A stretch of DNA of 64,000 nucleotides from assembly GCA_010356995.1 (NCBI GenBank), contig ML996687.1, forward strand, positions 1,803-65,802, in the 5' to 3' direction. Below the pieces are notes generated by a model, which ran no database searches, had not been told where the DNA came from, and was given only the letters and a program-made list of their open reading frames with translations. Below are positions 47,914 through 59,737 of the stretch, in pieces. The first letter of the stretch is position 1. The number at the start of each line of letters is the position of its first letter. A program made the position numbers and the translations under genes. Source of the DNA: Trichodelitschia bisporula (taxonomy: Eukaryota).

Positions 47914-48868
47914 TGTAGCGAGGTAAAGGAAGTAGGTTGGTGCGGTGAAGGGAGGTACTGTAGGATGGTGGTGAGGTTATGGAGGGGATTCGACGGATGA
48001 CGATGTCTAGAGGGAGAGGATGTGCGTGCCGTTGATACTGAGAGTGACAAGGTGGGGGGAACGATGTCCAATGCCGAAAAGGACAGCATTTTGGCAACGT
48101 GGAGGTTGAGATGTTTACAGAGCGTCTGGCCTTTGGTGGATGTGTTTGAAGTTGATAGTCTGCGTGTGATGCGAACTGCGCTGCTCGGCGGAGAAGCGGG
48201 CACGGGCGGAGGTTTCCCTTCGCCGCAACTTGGATCGTGACTCTCCCAGCGAACCGTAGGGTTGTTACAACCTCACCTCCCTCTCCTCCTTCGGTGCGCC
48301 ATGCCGTCCTTCTCTTTGTCAAAATGTAGCTGCAAGGCAGTAGTGCGCCAACTGGACTTTCATATGCCAAAAACCCCACCTGGCGACTCGGATTGAGCCG
48401 AACGCAGATCACCTTCCCGTGGCATCTTGTCTTTACTGCTCTCTCACCCCATACTCCCACCCTCCAACAAGCGAACGCCCTTCATGATGGATTTATGTGG
48501 TTGTGCATACTCTGTATTCGGCGGTACAGCCAATATGAAACCCTTTGACGGCCGCTTCATTCCAGGAACGAACTCGTCTTCGTCCGGGAATCCGGCCTTC
48601 GATCCCCCGGCTTACCCCACACTGGCCATCCGGCGACCGCTTCATCTCAAGGCCGGATTAGCCCTCATGCGGCTCAAGTCGCATGTGCTAGATGAAGTCG
48701 CTCGGTCACCGGGGGCCACAGCGTTAACCTTAGCGGGCCGAGCCCTCGGCCATCGTTCTCGCATTCCCGATATTGGCGACATCTAGGCACCCCGGTCGTG
48801 ATCCGTACCGGTGATCTGTACGACATATGGCCGGCTGCAGCCACTGATTTTTCAGATGTACACTCTTC

Positions 48869-50533
48869 ATGGCTGGCGAGGTTGGGCTTCATAAGGTCGT
48901 GGACGCGGAGGAAGTGGAGAAGGCGAGAGAGAAAGAGGGCCGGGTTATTCCCAAGGCGGGGGGATATGCGCCTACGACGCCCGAAGAAGCAGCCTTGGAC
49001 AAGCGGGTTAACCGGAAGCTCGATGGAGTCATTATCACCATCTGCGCCATTGGTTTCTTGGTACGACTGCTTCTGGGAAGGGAGGCTTCGCTGACAGCCA
49101 GCTCCAAAACATTGACAAGGGCAACGTTGGCAACGCCAGCACGCGGAGTATGTTCGATTAGTTCTGCCATGCCTCGACATGCTAACCGCTGACCGTCAGG
49201 CTTTGCCAAAGATGCACATCTGGGCAAAAACGACGTCGCCAACTCCATTTCGCTCCTCTCAGCCACATTTGTCACGCTGCAGCCCCTCTCGACTGCGCTC
49301 GGCCGCCGCTTCGGCCCCAAGTTCTGGATCCCGGCGATGATGTTCTGCTGGGGGAGCGCATGCTTAGCCCACGCCTTCATCACTAGCCGTGCGCACCTGC
49401 TGACTCTGCGGCTGCTCCTCGGCGCCTTCGAGGCGGGCTTTGTGCCTGTTTGCTTCTACTACCTGGGGACGCTGTACCCGCACTACATGCTAGCCTTACG
49501 GCTTGGAATGTTCGGCAGCATGTTTGCCATCGCTGGCGCCTTCTCGGGGCTGCTCGCGTACGCCATCTTCCACCTCAAGTCAGCTCGGTATAAAGACTGG
49601 CAGCTCCTGTTTCTGATCGAGGGTGGCGCTACACTGCTGATGGCGGCGGTGACGTGCCTTGTGCTGCCGCGGACACTGGGCACGGCGTGGTTCCTGACGG
49701 CTGAGGAGCGGGCGCATGCAGTGCGGCGGCTGGAAATTGACAATCCGAACATAGACGAGCACGGTAATCCAGTCGAGGACGACGGTCGGATAACGTTGCC
49801 CAATATCAAGGACGCCCTCACAGATTGGAAGAAGCTCATCACCATCGCTTGCAACATATGCGCGACGCTGCCGGTCTACGTCTTTGGCGTCTTCATGCCG
49901 CTGATTGTGAAGGGAATGGGCTACAGTGGGCTGGACGCGAACCTGATGAGCGTGTCTCCGTTTCTCGTGTAGGTCGCCATCATCCAGACCATTGGATATC
50001 CGGGCTAATAGCGCAGCGCTGCATGCGGCCTTTTCATATTTGTCTACCTCTCCGACCGCCTACACGAGCGCTCGCTCTTCATGTGTCTAGCAATGGCCGT
50101 CTCCCTAACCGGCTTCATCGTACTCACATCCTCCAAAAACAACCGCCTGCGCTACGCCTTCGTGCACGTCGCGCTCGCAGGCGCAGGCACAGCAGCCCCC
50201 CTAATGGCCGCCTGGCTAACAGACAACACGCCCGACCGCGGCACACGCAGTATCATCATCGGCCTGAACGGGTGGAGTAACCTCTCCGGCGTGATTGCAG
50301 GGCAGGTGTTCAAGGAGCGCTACGCGCCGGCGTACCGCTTCCCGCTGACCGTGACTATGGTGATGGTTGCGGTGGGCATGACTGGGTTTTTCGGGATGCG
50401 CTGGGTGCTGGTCGCTGTGAACCGAAGGCGCGCGGCGGTGACGGCGGGCTGGACGGAGGAGCAGCGCGAGGCTGAGCGGAGGAGTCTGGTGCGGCGGGGG
50501 GACCGCAAGTTGACGTTTGTGTATGGGTATTGA
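48869..50533 (+). CDS. MFS anion:cation symporter (DAL5/TNA1-like permease)
   Basis: RVNRKLD, NIDKGNVGNA, RLLLGAFEAGF, AGAFSGLLAY, WQLLFLIEG, GDRKLTFVYGY; 3 introns. Confidence 0.92.
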
Positions 50534-50831
50534 GTGCCGTTGCGTGGCCTTTTCCCCATTCCCAGTGGGGGCATGAACGTGAGCATGAGTCGAGCAGGAT
50601 GAGGCGTATGGCATCCTTGTTGTGCATGCTTTTCTCACTTGCCGGTCTTGCGGGTATGCAACTCGTCACGTGGAGTCAGCGTCGGATTGATTGACCCCCG
50701 CCTCGATCCACGACTAGTTCCCGCCTTTAGTATGAGCTCAGTCCGGCCTTCCCTCTTGGCCTCTCTCTCGAGCCACTCTTGACATCACTTCACTCTTCAA
50801 TATCGCCCTATCAAACTCCGCACTGCACGAC

Positions 50832-51293
50832 ATGTGCTACTCCTGCGACGAAAATGCCGCCAGCGACCTGCCCCCCCGCGAGTCCATCTTCGTGTCACCA
50901 CACTGGCGCGTATGCCACAGCTTCAACTCATCGCTGCCCGGCTGGCTAGTAATCGTCGCGCAGAAGCACGTCCTGTCGCTGGACGAGATGCCAGACGAGG
51001 CGCTCATGGAACTCGGCCTGCTGCAAGGAAAACTGACCCGCGCGCTGCGCGAAGTCGTCGGCAGCCTCAAAGCGTACTCCGTCTTTTTCGCCGAGGGGCG
51101 CGGCTTCGAACACGTCCACATCCACATCGTCCCCCGCATGCCGGATCAACCACCGGACCGTAAGGGCCGGCGCGTGTTTGAGTACCTCCCCCCGCCCGCT
51201 GTTGAAGCCGTCCCTGTTGAGGAAATGGATCGCATTTCGCGAGACATCGCGTCACGTGTGCGGCTGAACGACCCCCGAACCGAAAAGTCTTGA
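50832..51293 (+). CDS. HIT (histidine triad) family nucleotide hydrolase, intronless
   Basis: N-terminal CYSC, PGWLVIV..KH, HVHIHIVPR triad. Confidence 0.9.
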   Translation: MCYSCDENAASDLPPRESIFVSPHWRVCHSFNSSLPGWLVIVAQKHVLSLDEMPDEALMELGLLQGKLTRALREVVGSLKAYSVFFAEGRGFEHVHIHIVPRMPDQPPDRKGRRVFEYLPPPAVEAVPVEEMDRISRDIASRVRLNDPRTEKS

Positions 51294-51359
51294 GTGATCG
51301 CAGGCGGGGAGGGGGCGAGTACGTTTGGTTTCCAATGTAACCATCTGATAACGCACTCA

Positions 51360-53429
51360 ATGGATATCGTTGATTCCGTGCTCGTCGGCGATGATGCCAC
51401 CGTGCTTGCGCTCCGCCGCCAGTTTCTCGCCCACGACGCCTACCAGAACGGGCTTCTCACCGGCGCCGGCATCGACCCCGCCACATTGAGCCCAGACGAC
51501 CTGGGCTACGTGCTCGGCGACGACGACATCAAGAATCCAGACCTACGCCTCGACGCCTGCCGGCACTGCGCCGCCGAGTTCCGCTACACCTACAAGGGGT
51601 GGACCACGACCGTCATCGCCGGCATGCCAAAGCCAGGCGAGAAGTACCACGCCGTGTCATACGTGTGGGGTCAGACGACAAACCACGAGCTGCACTGCAC
51701 GTCCTGCGGACTTGTGACAATCATGCCCGTCGCCAGTCCTGAGAAATTTCGCCGCCTGATGCGGTGTATCACGATCCCCGGCGAGCCGTTGCGGTTGTGG
51801 CTCGACGCGCTGTCGATTAACCAGAGCGATGAGAAGGAGAAGGCGAAGCTGCTGGGCGTGATGGGCGATATTTACACGAATGCGTGGTCGGTGGTGGTGG
51901 TCCTGCCGCAGACGGACGAGCGCGCGTACCGTGTGCTTGCGACGCTAGCGCACGCGGCGACGATCCTCAATGTCAGCCCGCTCGCGACCGAGAACCCGAA
52001 TACCCTCAAGGAGGACCCACAACTGACGCTAGCGTGCCGCGTGTTCAACGCCCTGATGGACGAGATGGCGCGCGGCTTGCCTAGCTGGGCCTACTGGCGG
52101 CGAGCCTGGACATTCCAGGAGTGGGCGCTCGCGCCGCATATCAGCCTGGGTCTTGACGGGGCATACTTCGCGGGCAACGTCATCGGGATCAAAAACACAA
52201 TCCTCCAGGCAGCGACATTGATCGCCGCGTACAAGCTTCTGCAGCACCAGTACAGCGTCATCGACTTCGGGTACTCGCGCGGCGAAGTCGTCCCGCGCTT
52301 CAACACCGTCAAGCGGCTGTTTCCAGACAAGCGCGCCTTCTACCCGCCCGACCTGATGACGGAAGAGGAGGCCAATATCGCCATCGTCACCGCAACGTTC
52401 AACATCTCGCAGGCGTTGTGTCTGCGCAGCGCTGTGCCGACGCCGCTCGGCGGCATGCCACTGAAGCAGATGTTCGACCTCACGCCGGACGTGGGGCCAA
52501 GCACGCTTTTAGAGAAGCTCTGCTTTGCGTGGCACGCGCTGGGGGTGAGCAAGCGCGAGGCACGCTTCGAAGCAGATCTCGTCTCGTCATGGGCGTCCAT
52601 GTGCAACATCAAATACGCCTACAATCCGAACGACTCCTTCGCCGCGGCGCTGCAGAAGGTGCTCTCCGTGCTCCGGCGGCAGACCACAATCTACGCGTTC
52701 CACATTTCGACCTCGGCACTTGGCGTCGACTCCGCATTCCTCGAGTATGCGTCGCCGCACCGGCAGTGCAACGCGACCAACGCCTCGTTCCTCCACGGCC
52801 TGCCGGTCCTCACCGGGCGCGCCGACACGCTGACATACTTCCGGCACTGCATGCAACCGGCGACAACGGTAGAAGTCGCCCCCGCCGCCGTCAAGTACCG
52901 CCGCGTCGTCGGCGCACAGTTGCTAGCCAGCGCCTCGCTAGCAGACTCCACCGCCGCGCTGTCCGCCTTTTCAGTAGCTCTGGTAGGGCACAACCAGGAC
53001 GGGCCGAGCGGCGCAATGTACACCGACGTGCGCGTTCACCTCCTCTCCCTGCTTCAAACAACATCCTCAGACAAGCAGTTCGTAGTCATGAGCCTGCCCA
53101 CCGGCACCGGCATAATGGCAATATGGGCCATAGTACCGCGGGGCAGCTCGCCAGACACGGTCATGCGCGAGGCGCTCAACGGGACGCTTGTAGTCGCCGC
53201 CGGCGACACGCCGCTCGCATATTTGACCATTTCGGACAACCTCTCTGGGACATACCTGCTCCGTGTCGGCGGCGACGGCAAGATCAACATTGATATGCGG
53301 CGCTCGCAGCGAGGGGACATGATGTCGTCGTCGTTGCCGCACGTGCAGACACTGGTGGCGCAGGTGACGCTGGAGCGCCGCGAGGGCGTGTTTGGGGAGG
53401 CGGCGCCATCGAGCTGCCACTGCTTTTAA
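51360..53429 (+). CDS. HET-domain (heterokaryon incompatibility, TIR-like) protein, intronless
   Basis: YHAVSYVWG, LWLDALSINQSDEKEK..LLGVMGDIY.NA..VVV.L, YWRRAWTFQE. Confidence 0.9.
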   Translation: MDIVDSVLVGDDATVLALRRQFLAHDAYQNGLLTGAGIDPATLSPDDLGYVLGDDDIKNPDLRLDACRHCAAEFRYTYKGWTTTVIAGMPKPGEKYHAVSYVWGQTTNHELHCTSCGLVTIMPVASPEKFRRLMRCITIPGEPLRLWLDALSINQSDEKEKAKLLGVMGDIYTNAWSVVVVLPQTDERAYRVLATLAHAATILNVSPLATENPNTLKEDPQLTLACRVFNALMDEMARGLPSWAYWRRAWTFQEWALAPHISLGLDGAYFAGNVIGIKNTILQAATLIAAYKLLQHQYSVIDFGYSRGEVVPRFNTVKRLFPDKRAFYPPDLMTEEEANIAIVTATFNISQALCLRSAVPTPLGGMPLKQMFDLTPDVGPSTLLEKLCFAWHALGVSKREARFEADLVSSWASMCNIKYAYNPNDSFAAALQKVLSVLRRQTTIYAFHISTSALGVDSAFLEYASPHRQCNATNASFLHGLPVLTGRADTLTYFRHCMQPATTVEVAPAAVKYRRVVGAQLLASASLADSTAALSAFSVALVGHNQDGPSGAMYTDVRVHLLSLLQTTSSDKQFVVMSLPTGTGIMAIWAIVPRGSSPDTVMREALNGTLVVAAGDTPLAYLTISDNLSGTYLLRVGGDGKINIDMRRSQRGDMMSSSLPHVQTLVAQVTLERREGVFGEAAPSSCHCF

Positions 53430-54141
53430 CGTTGCTAGGCGCCTCACTGTTTGGGTGTTGAACCTTTTGTCGTCTGTGGTGTGTCTGTCTGGCCACCAGA
53501 ACTAGTGCTTGAGTGGCGCGTTTGAGTATATATGGAAGGGAATTGAACCGGCGTAATGTACGATGCTCTGTCCAGTCCCATCGCGTTGTGCAATTGGACC
53601 CTGCAAGGCATAATTATCGTAAGCAGCAGTCTGCCTCGTGGGATTGCGCTGGTACTGGGACAAAGATGCCACTCGGACGGCATGAAGTGTTGTTGAGATA
53701 AGCGCAAGCTAAGTTAACGGGGAAACCAAATTCACGGTGTAATGATATGATTGCCTAGCCAGCCCTTTAGCATCATGTGACTGCCCGTCAGGCTCGCGCA
53801 TGTCCAGCGCGATGACGCGTCCTTGGTCCTGCGGTTGGATGCCTTGACCTGTTCGCCTTATTGCCCTATGCCTCCATGCCCACATCATACCATCCCTAAT
53901 GATGTAAGCACATCCTATCAGGGTGCAGCACAACAACGTGGAACTGATATGAGATTCACGAAGACAAGGAAAAGAAAAGAGCGGAAGAGCTAAACGACTC
54001 AAATCTAACATGCACAGTAGTAACTGTGCTCAGTCCTTTCCTCCATTCTGCTGTGCCTTCCTTGCCATTCTGTCCTGCCAAGACCTAAGCTGTACCCGCA
54101 ATAATTAGAGTATTTCGGCGAGCGTAGCGGCCCACGACCTC

Positions 54142-55513
54142 TTAAGTCCATGTCAGAAGGCTGACGAAGAAGTTGACAATACCGTGTTTATCCCCACTAA
54201 GGATAGACTCGATCTGGACGTTCTTCGTTACGTAAAGCTCCACAATCCCCTCCTTCTCTTTTCCCCCGACTGTACCCATACTAGGTACTCCGGCGAAAAG
54301 ACCGCCGCCATAACTATAAGTTGTATATACATCGGGCATATGGTCATAGTCTCAGCACGCCAGCCCCTGCCAGTGCGTTGCTGAACCATACCACGTGATG
54401 CAGCCGCTCGGTGCTAAGCCCAGGGTCCAGTGCCCCCCCACACCTGCATTTCAGTTCTAGGCCTTTCACGTTTCCACTTCACAGCAGTATTTTCAGTCAT
54501 ACACGCGTTCAGTGCATTCGATGCCCCAGACATTGCCCGTGACAGCATAATACCACGCCGTCCGCTCGGTTTGCTGGAGCTTCCGAATGTCGCCGTAATA
54601 GAGAAGCCGAGCCCGGCTGAAAATGAGGGCCAGCATCTCCCAGAAGCACTAGGCCTCGATATCGTCTAGGGCTTTCTTGCCCTCCACGATGAGAAGCGGC
54701 AGACGTGGTTTCATGAGCTTGAACACCGGTTTGTTGGCACTTCCAGTATCGATGAAGACGTGAAAGCCCCTGTCGAGCTGGGAAACGATTGACTTGTGCC
54801 TATCAATCGGGATTTTCATGATGATATGAGCCTTTCTATAAGACTAGGTATTAGCATTACGTGTGAATAAACGATCTCAAAACCACTTACTCCAAAAGAG
54901 GCTCAATATTGCCCAGGATAAATACGCTTGCTTTAACCTGTATACCTTGATGCCGTGTGCCTTCCAGTCCCCTATCAACATCAAACCATCCCCGAAATCC
55001 GTACGTCCGCATCGCGACACTTGAGCTTTCCATCGGAATGCTCTCGGTCACCAGGAGATCCACATCCGCCGCCACCTCTTGTCCCCCAGACTGTACCCAC
55101 GCCAGGTACTTGGGGTAAAAGACTGCGGCCATGACGACAAGCTGAGTGCCCATTGGGCACAGCAGGTATACCGTCCGCTCGAATTCCTTCAGCTTCCCAA
55201 AGTCCCCTCCATAGAGATGTTGAGCGCGGTGGAAAACGCAGGCCAACATAGCTCCATGCCTTGTTGCCGACCCTCCGAATGGCCAGTAATGATAGGAGAA
55301 TCATGTCCTCCAGAAGCACGCAGCGCGCAGGCATGTGTTCGGTAGGCATTTCCGGCATCTCAATATTGGGCAAATAGATGCTCATTCGATCAGCAAGCTG
55401 GGTAAGACTACCGATGTGTTTCTTGTGGACACGCCAGATACTCAGGTGAAAATCCTCCAGTTCCATCATGCTTGAGAGCTGAACGTTCTCGGTCTCTGCG
55501 TCGAGAGGCATCG
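54142..55513 (-). pseudogene. Degenerate gene, possibly PD-(D/E)xK nuclease-like
   Basis: Frameshift near 55253, intron from ~54890, exon reading PLLIVEGKKALDDIEA*CFWEMLAL..YYAVTGNVW with stops at 54649-54651 and 54493-54495. Confidence 0.4.
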
Positions 55514-55785
55514 ATGTGGACAACAGGCGGTAAGAAAAAGCAAAGCTCGATGAAAGAGGCCGGTGGGAACGTGGCAGGTGTAAACTGAGAAGTTTGAAAT
55601 CGACGACGAAAGGAAGAGGCTGATGGGAGCGTGGCTCGGTGCAGACTGAAGAGTTTGAAGTCGACGATGAAAGGAAGAGGGAAGGAAAACTTTTCGCAAC
55701 CAGATTAAATATGCGTTGTGTCCCCCTGGTTCCTTGCTCCGTATGCCATATCCCCAGCGCACCTTCCCACGGTAACAATTGCTAC

Positions 55786-55826
55786 TTCCCTGGCTCCTTC
55801 CCTGGCTCCTTCCCTGGCTCCTTCCT
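55786..55826 (+). repeat. 12-bp tandem repeat (TTCCCTGGCTCC) x3
   Basis: Directly visible. Confidence 0.9.
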
Positions 55827-58800
55827 CCGTACGTCATATCTCCAGCGCAACTTCCCAGGGTAACAACGTGCCTTCCCCAGCTATGCTTGTCGGAATGCCT
55901 TGATGCCTTCTGCATCCATACCAGAGGCTCGCCCCAAGAGGGTCGAGGTGCCGCTCGGTATAGATACAACCTGTACACCATATCTTCTGCCAAAGGAACA
56001 TATCATAAGGGCATGTACTGAAGTACACCGAGTCTGCCCCCATCTGCGGCACATTGTCAGTTTTCCATCACAATACTCAGCACCGTTTGGCCCCAGCCCA
56101 CATGTCGTGTACCGTGCTTTGGAGCGCTGCCACACCATAGGGTGTAACTTTGGAGATGAAAAGGGGATGGCTACTCGTCCAGGAGGTAGGAGGCCTAAGC
56201 CAACTCGTGGAAATAGCCTGGAGATAGATGGCGTTAGCAGGTCTCTACAAGTCCAATGCAAGCGGGAGGGTCCGACCGTGTCCGTTGGTGGACTGAACGG
56301 CCGCCATGTGAGGGCCTTCCGCCGAGATGCGCGTGATACTTTAGGCGTGGGATGGGGCAGCCTTAAGGTAGAAGGACGATTTCCTATTCGGCCACTTCAA
56401 GTGGGTGCTCCCGGCATCAGTGCTCTGAACGTTCCCAAACTCGGTTCCATCATGCGCATGGAGCTGAGAGTCTTCACCATCGACATTCCCGGCCGCAGCG
56501 CTCTCATCGTTCCCACCGTCGGGTTTTAAGAGACACATAGCATTCGCCGTCCGTTTCGCCTTCTGCATCGAGCTCAAAATCCCAGTCTTCGGTGTTACCA
56601 GCGGCCCGCTAATCTATGCTGTCTGCGGTCGGGTCGTCTTCCTCGCCTTCTGGATCGAGTACAGAATTCCAGTCGATGATGTTCCTAGTGGCCTTGGTCC
56701 TGTCGTCGAAGTCCCCAACGGCTAGATAGTCGAAGTTCCCAGCGGCCCACTTCCAATGTTTCCAGTGGCAGTGCCTTCGGTTTGTTTATCGTCAGCTGCC
56801 ATAGCCGCGGCGTTCTCGGCAGCCCCCTTATCGGCTTCAGCAGCCACACACGCGCGGTTCCAGCGCACTGACTGCAAATGGTCCTGGTGCTCGAGACATC
56901 AATTCGTAGATCTCTAATGTGTGGCAATGCACGACTAAGCGTAGTTGCCAGCTAGCTGGGAGACTGGTAGGTTCCCGACCGATGATAGTTGTTAGGATCA
57001 GTGCCTCCGGCAGAACTGATGTCCCGTTCCGGGGCGTGTGTGCATATGGACCACTTAGGTGCCAGGCATTTCGGTCTCCCTTAGATAGACCTCTGAGCTG
57101 CTGATAGTTCCACAATACAACATCTTTCAAGCAGATCTTTGAGGTTACGAAAGGATGGGTAGAAGAGAGGAGGGAGGACCGGCAGGTGCGGGCCGAGCGA
57201 GGGATCGGAGCCGCGGTGATCGGCTCAGCCAACCGATGTACAGTACGATATCTAGGCGCTCATCGCATGCGTGCTTCGCCGCCGAGGCAGCAGCAGCCCA
57301 TCCGCGAGCACACACATCACCATCTCCTCATGCACCCAAGTTCCACGATTGGCCTGCGCTACCACAGTGTTTCGAAACACCCCGCACTGCATACGCAGAC
57401 CGTAGGCTCTACATCCACAGAAGTGAAATCGGCACAGCAACGCAGCTCGCACATCACACGCATATCCTCTCCACAGCACCTCCCGCCCTCCGCAACCGTC
57501 CGCATCGCAAATCGTGCAGCGCGCATTGGGGGGATGTTTCGTGGCGCTGTGCGGCTGGGGATGCGGATTTGCCGGTTGTTTCACGCGATCGGCGGTTGGG
57601 TCGGGGGATTTGCATTGCGCTGCAGATTGCTGCGGGTTATTTTGTGAGGAAGGCTGCGGGTGAGGAACGATGGTGAGGGGGGTTGAACGCTTGTTGTATG
57701 CAGGTTGTGTGATGGCGCCGGCGGGCGATGCAGGGCGCTGCGGGGCGCGAGTCAGCGACGCACGATCGGATTGGTGGGGAAAATTTGGGGATGCGGTGGT
57801 TTGGTTGCATCGTGTGGACTGCACGAGGAAAATAGAATTGCTTCGCAGTAGATGGTGGTGTGGTTCTTCGGAGAGCGAGTGGGTGTGGAGCCTGCAAGGC
57901 TGATCTGATGCCCGCGATGAACGAGGCGCAGGATCGTCTGCAGGTTACGTCCGAACTCGACGGATTGGGCAGCGCACCGTTTCACACGCACCATTCCGGT
58001 GATGTGAAGGACGGCTTTGGGACAGACCGGATGGCGATGGTGTCCTGAAGGCCGCTTTCGTACGCAGCAGCGGCGAGGATGGAGATGCAGGTGTAGGGAA
58101 CGCAAGCGCCTTCAATATTCTCCGCGACGGGGGAGAGACACAGCCTCCCCCTCGTCCTCCCTTTCTCTCTTCGAGGAGAATGAGGGGAGGGGGACTCTAT
58201 GCCGACTCACGATGCCGGGGGAGAGACGGCGAGCATGAAGGCTAACGCAGGCACGTATCCTGCCCCCCAATATCACGATCCCGTTCTCAGCGGCGTGAAA
58301 CACCCCACCAAGGGTCTACATCGCAACCCATGGACTTCCACGGTATCCCGAGGTCCAGAACCGGTTATCGATTGCAGATACCCTCTTCTCGCACGTACCA
58401 ACTGCTCGCATGGCCGCTTGGACGCGGGAGCGCACGGCTCGAGTGCCTCCCGATTGGAAGGCAAATGAGGGAGCCGACTACGACAGTGGCTCCTAGTGAA
58501 TATTTTCCTTCCACTGTAATCGATGATAGCACGGCTCCTACCTACTCACATGGCCGCTCGGACCAGAGCGTGCTCCCGTCAATTGATACTAGCACGGCAC
58601 GGCTGGTTCTCTGGCGGGAAGCGCGGGAGAGAGAGTGTCATGACGGCGCACTATCGATATAGCACGGCCCATCCGTCTCCCGAGCAGAAGGCACCGAAGA
58701 GAAACTGTCACGATGGCGGTTTATCGACGATAGCACGGCTCACTCATTTCACCGCGCGGATACCGACGGACAGAATCCGCCCGAGCGTCCACGAGGGCGA

Positions 58801-59595
58801 AGAACTCAGCCTGTACACCGGCGAGGAACCCCAAACGCTCTGCGAAGCATCGCTGTTTCGACCGAGGCTCACGTGGTGAGCCTGAGTAAGGAGAGTTGTT
58901 CGAGGGCCAGGTACAGGTACCTCGACGAGTAAGGCCGCGTAGTGAGTGGCGAGGTACCGGTACGGCGTTGCGAGGGACTGGTGTGGGGCTTGGGTACGGC
59001 CCGGCGATGCCCACGTGCGCCGGTTGCGTTTTGCGAAGTGATCGGGAGGGGAGGTACCGTACCGTTCGTCTCTTTCCCATGCCTCGACGATCAAGCCGGC
59101 GTATCTCTTCCATATCTCGACGATCAAGCCCAACGCATCTCAACCACACCTCCCGCGTCACAGATAAGCTCCTCCATCAGGCACACAGAAAATCATGCGC
59201 TTTCCAGAAAGCCGATCAAACACCGCCGCCACACTGTCATAGTTTGCGACGAAACGTGTGACGAAACTCGCCGACTGGTTGTGAACCGCCTGGACCCGGG
59301 GAACATCCGAAGGCAAAGTCGTTGCGATCGACTCTATGCGCTCAGCCGCAGAAGGATTTGCTTCGGAGCTCTGTTCGTGCCTTGAGCCAATGGAACTGGC
59401 TTTTTTTGGGACTCTCGAAGCCGTTCCCGGCCACTTGTCGTGAAATCCTGCTGTCGCAAGCGGTCACCGGTGGCCGAGTCTCGACACTGCGAGATGCGGC
59501 ACCATCCATGAACTGTCAGCGGGACGATAAATTAACTGTCAATCACCGCGCAGTGCGACATGAGCCGGCGGTCATCTCTATACCGGCATCCCTTG

Positions 59596-59737
59596 CGCTG
59601 AAGAGAGAAGAACAAGGTACCCCGCCGTGAGAGAGGAGCCAAAGTACCTGCGGAGTGAGGTAACAAGGTACCTCGCGCTGCAGAGTGGAGGGAACAAGGT
59701 ACCTCAGGCTGCAGAGCGGAGGGAACAAGGTACCTCG
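59596..59737 (+). repeat. ~31-bp degenerate tandem repeat, 4-5 copies
   Basis: Unit GCTGCAGAG.GGAGGGAACAAGGTACCTC. Confidence 0.85.

Noticed and set aside
51343..51351. Exact ATCTGATAA just upstream of the HET start
   Set aside because: Single copy, 9 bp from the ATG and outside the cluster; roughly one chance match is plausible in 64 kb.
55900..57232. ORFs 55900..56529 (+) and 56685..57232 (-), faintly like decayed F-box-associated genes
   Set aside because: Similarity too weak to call without a search.
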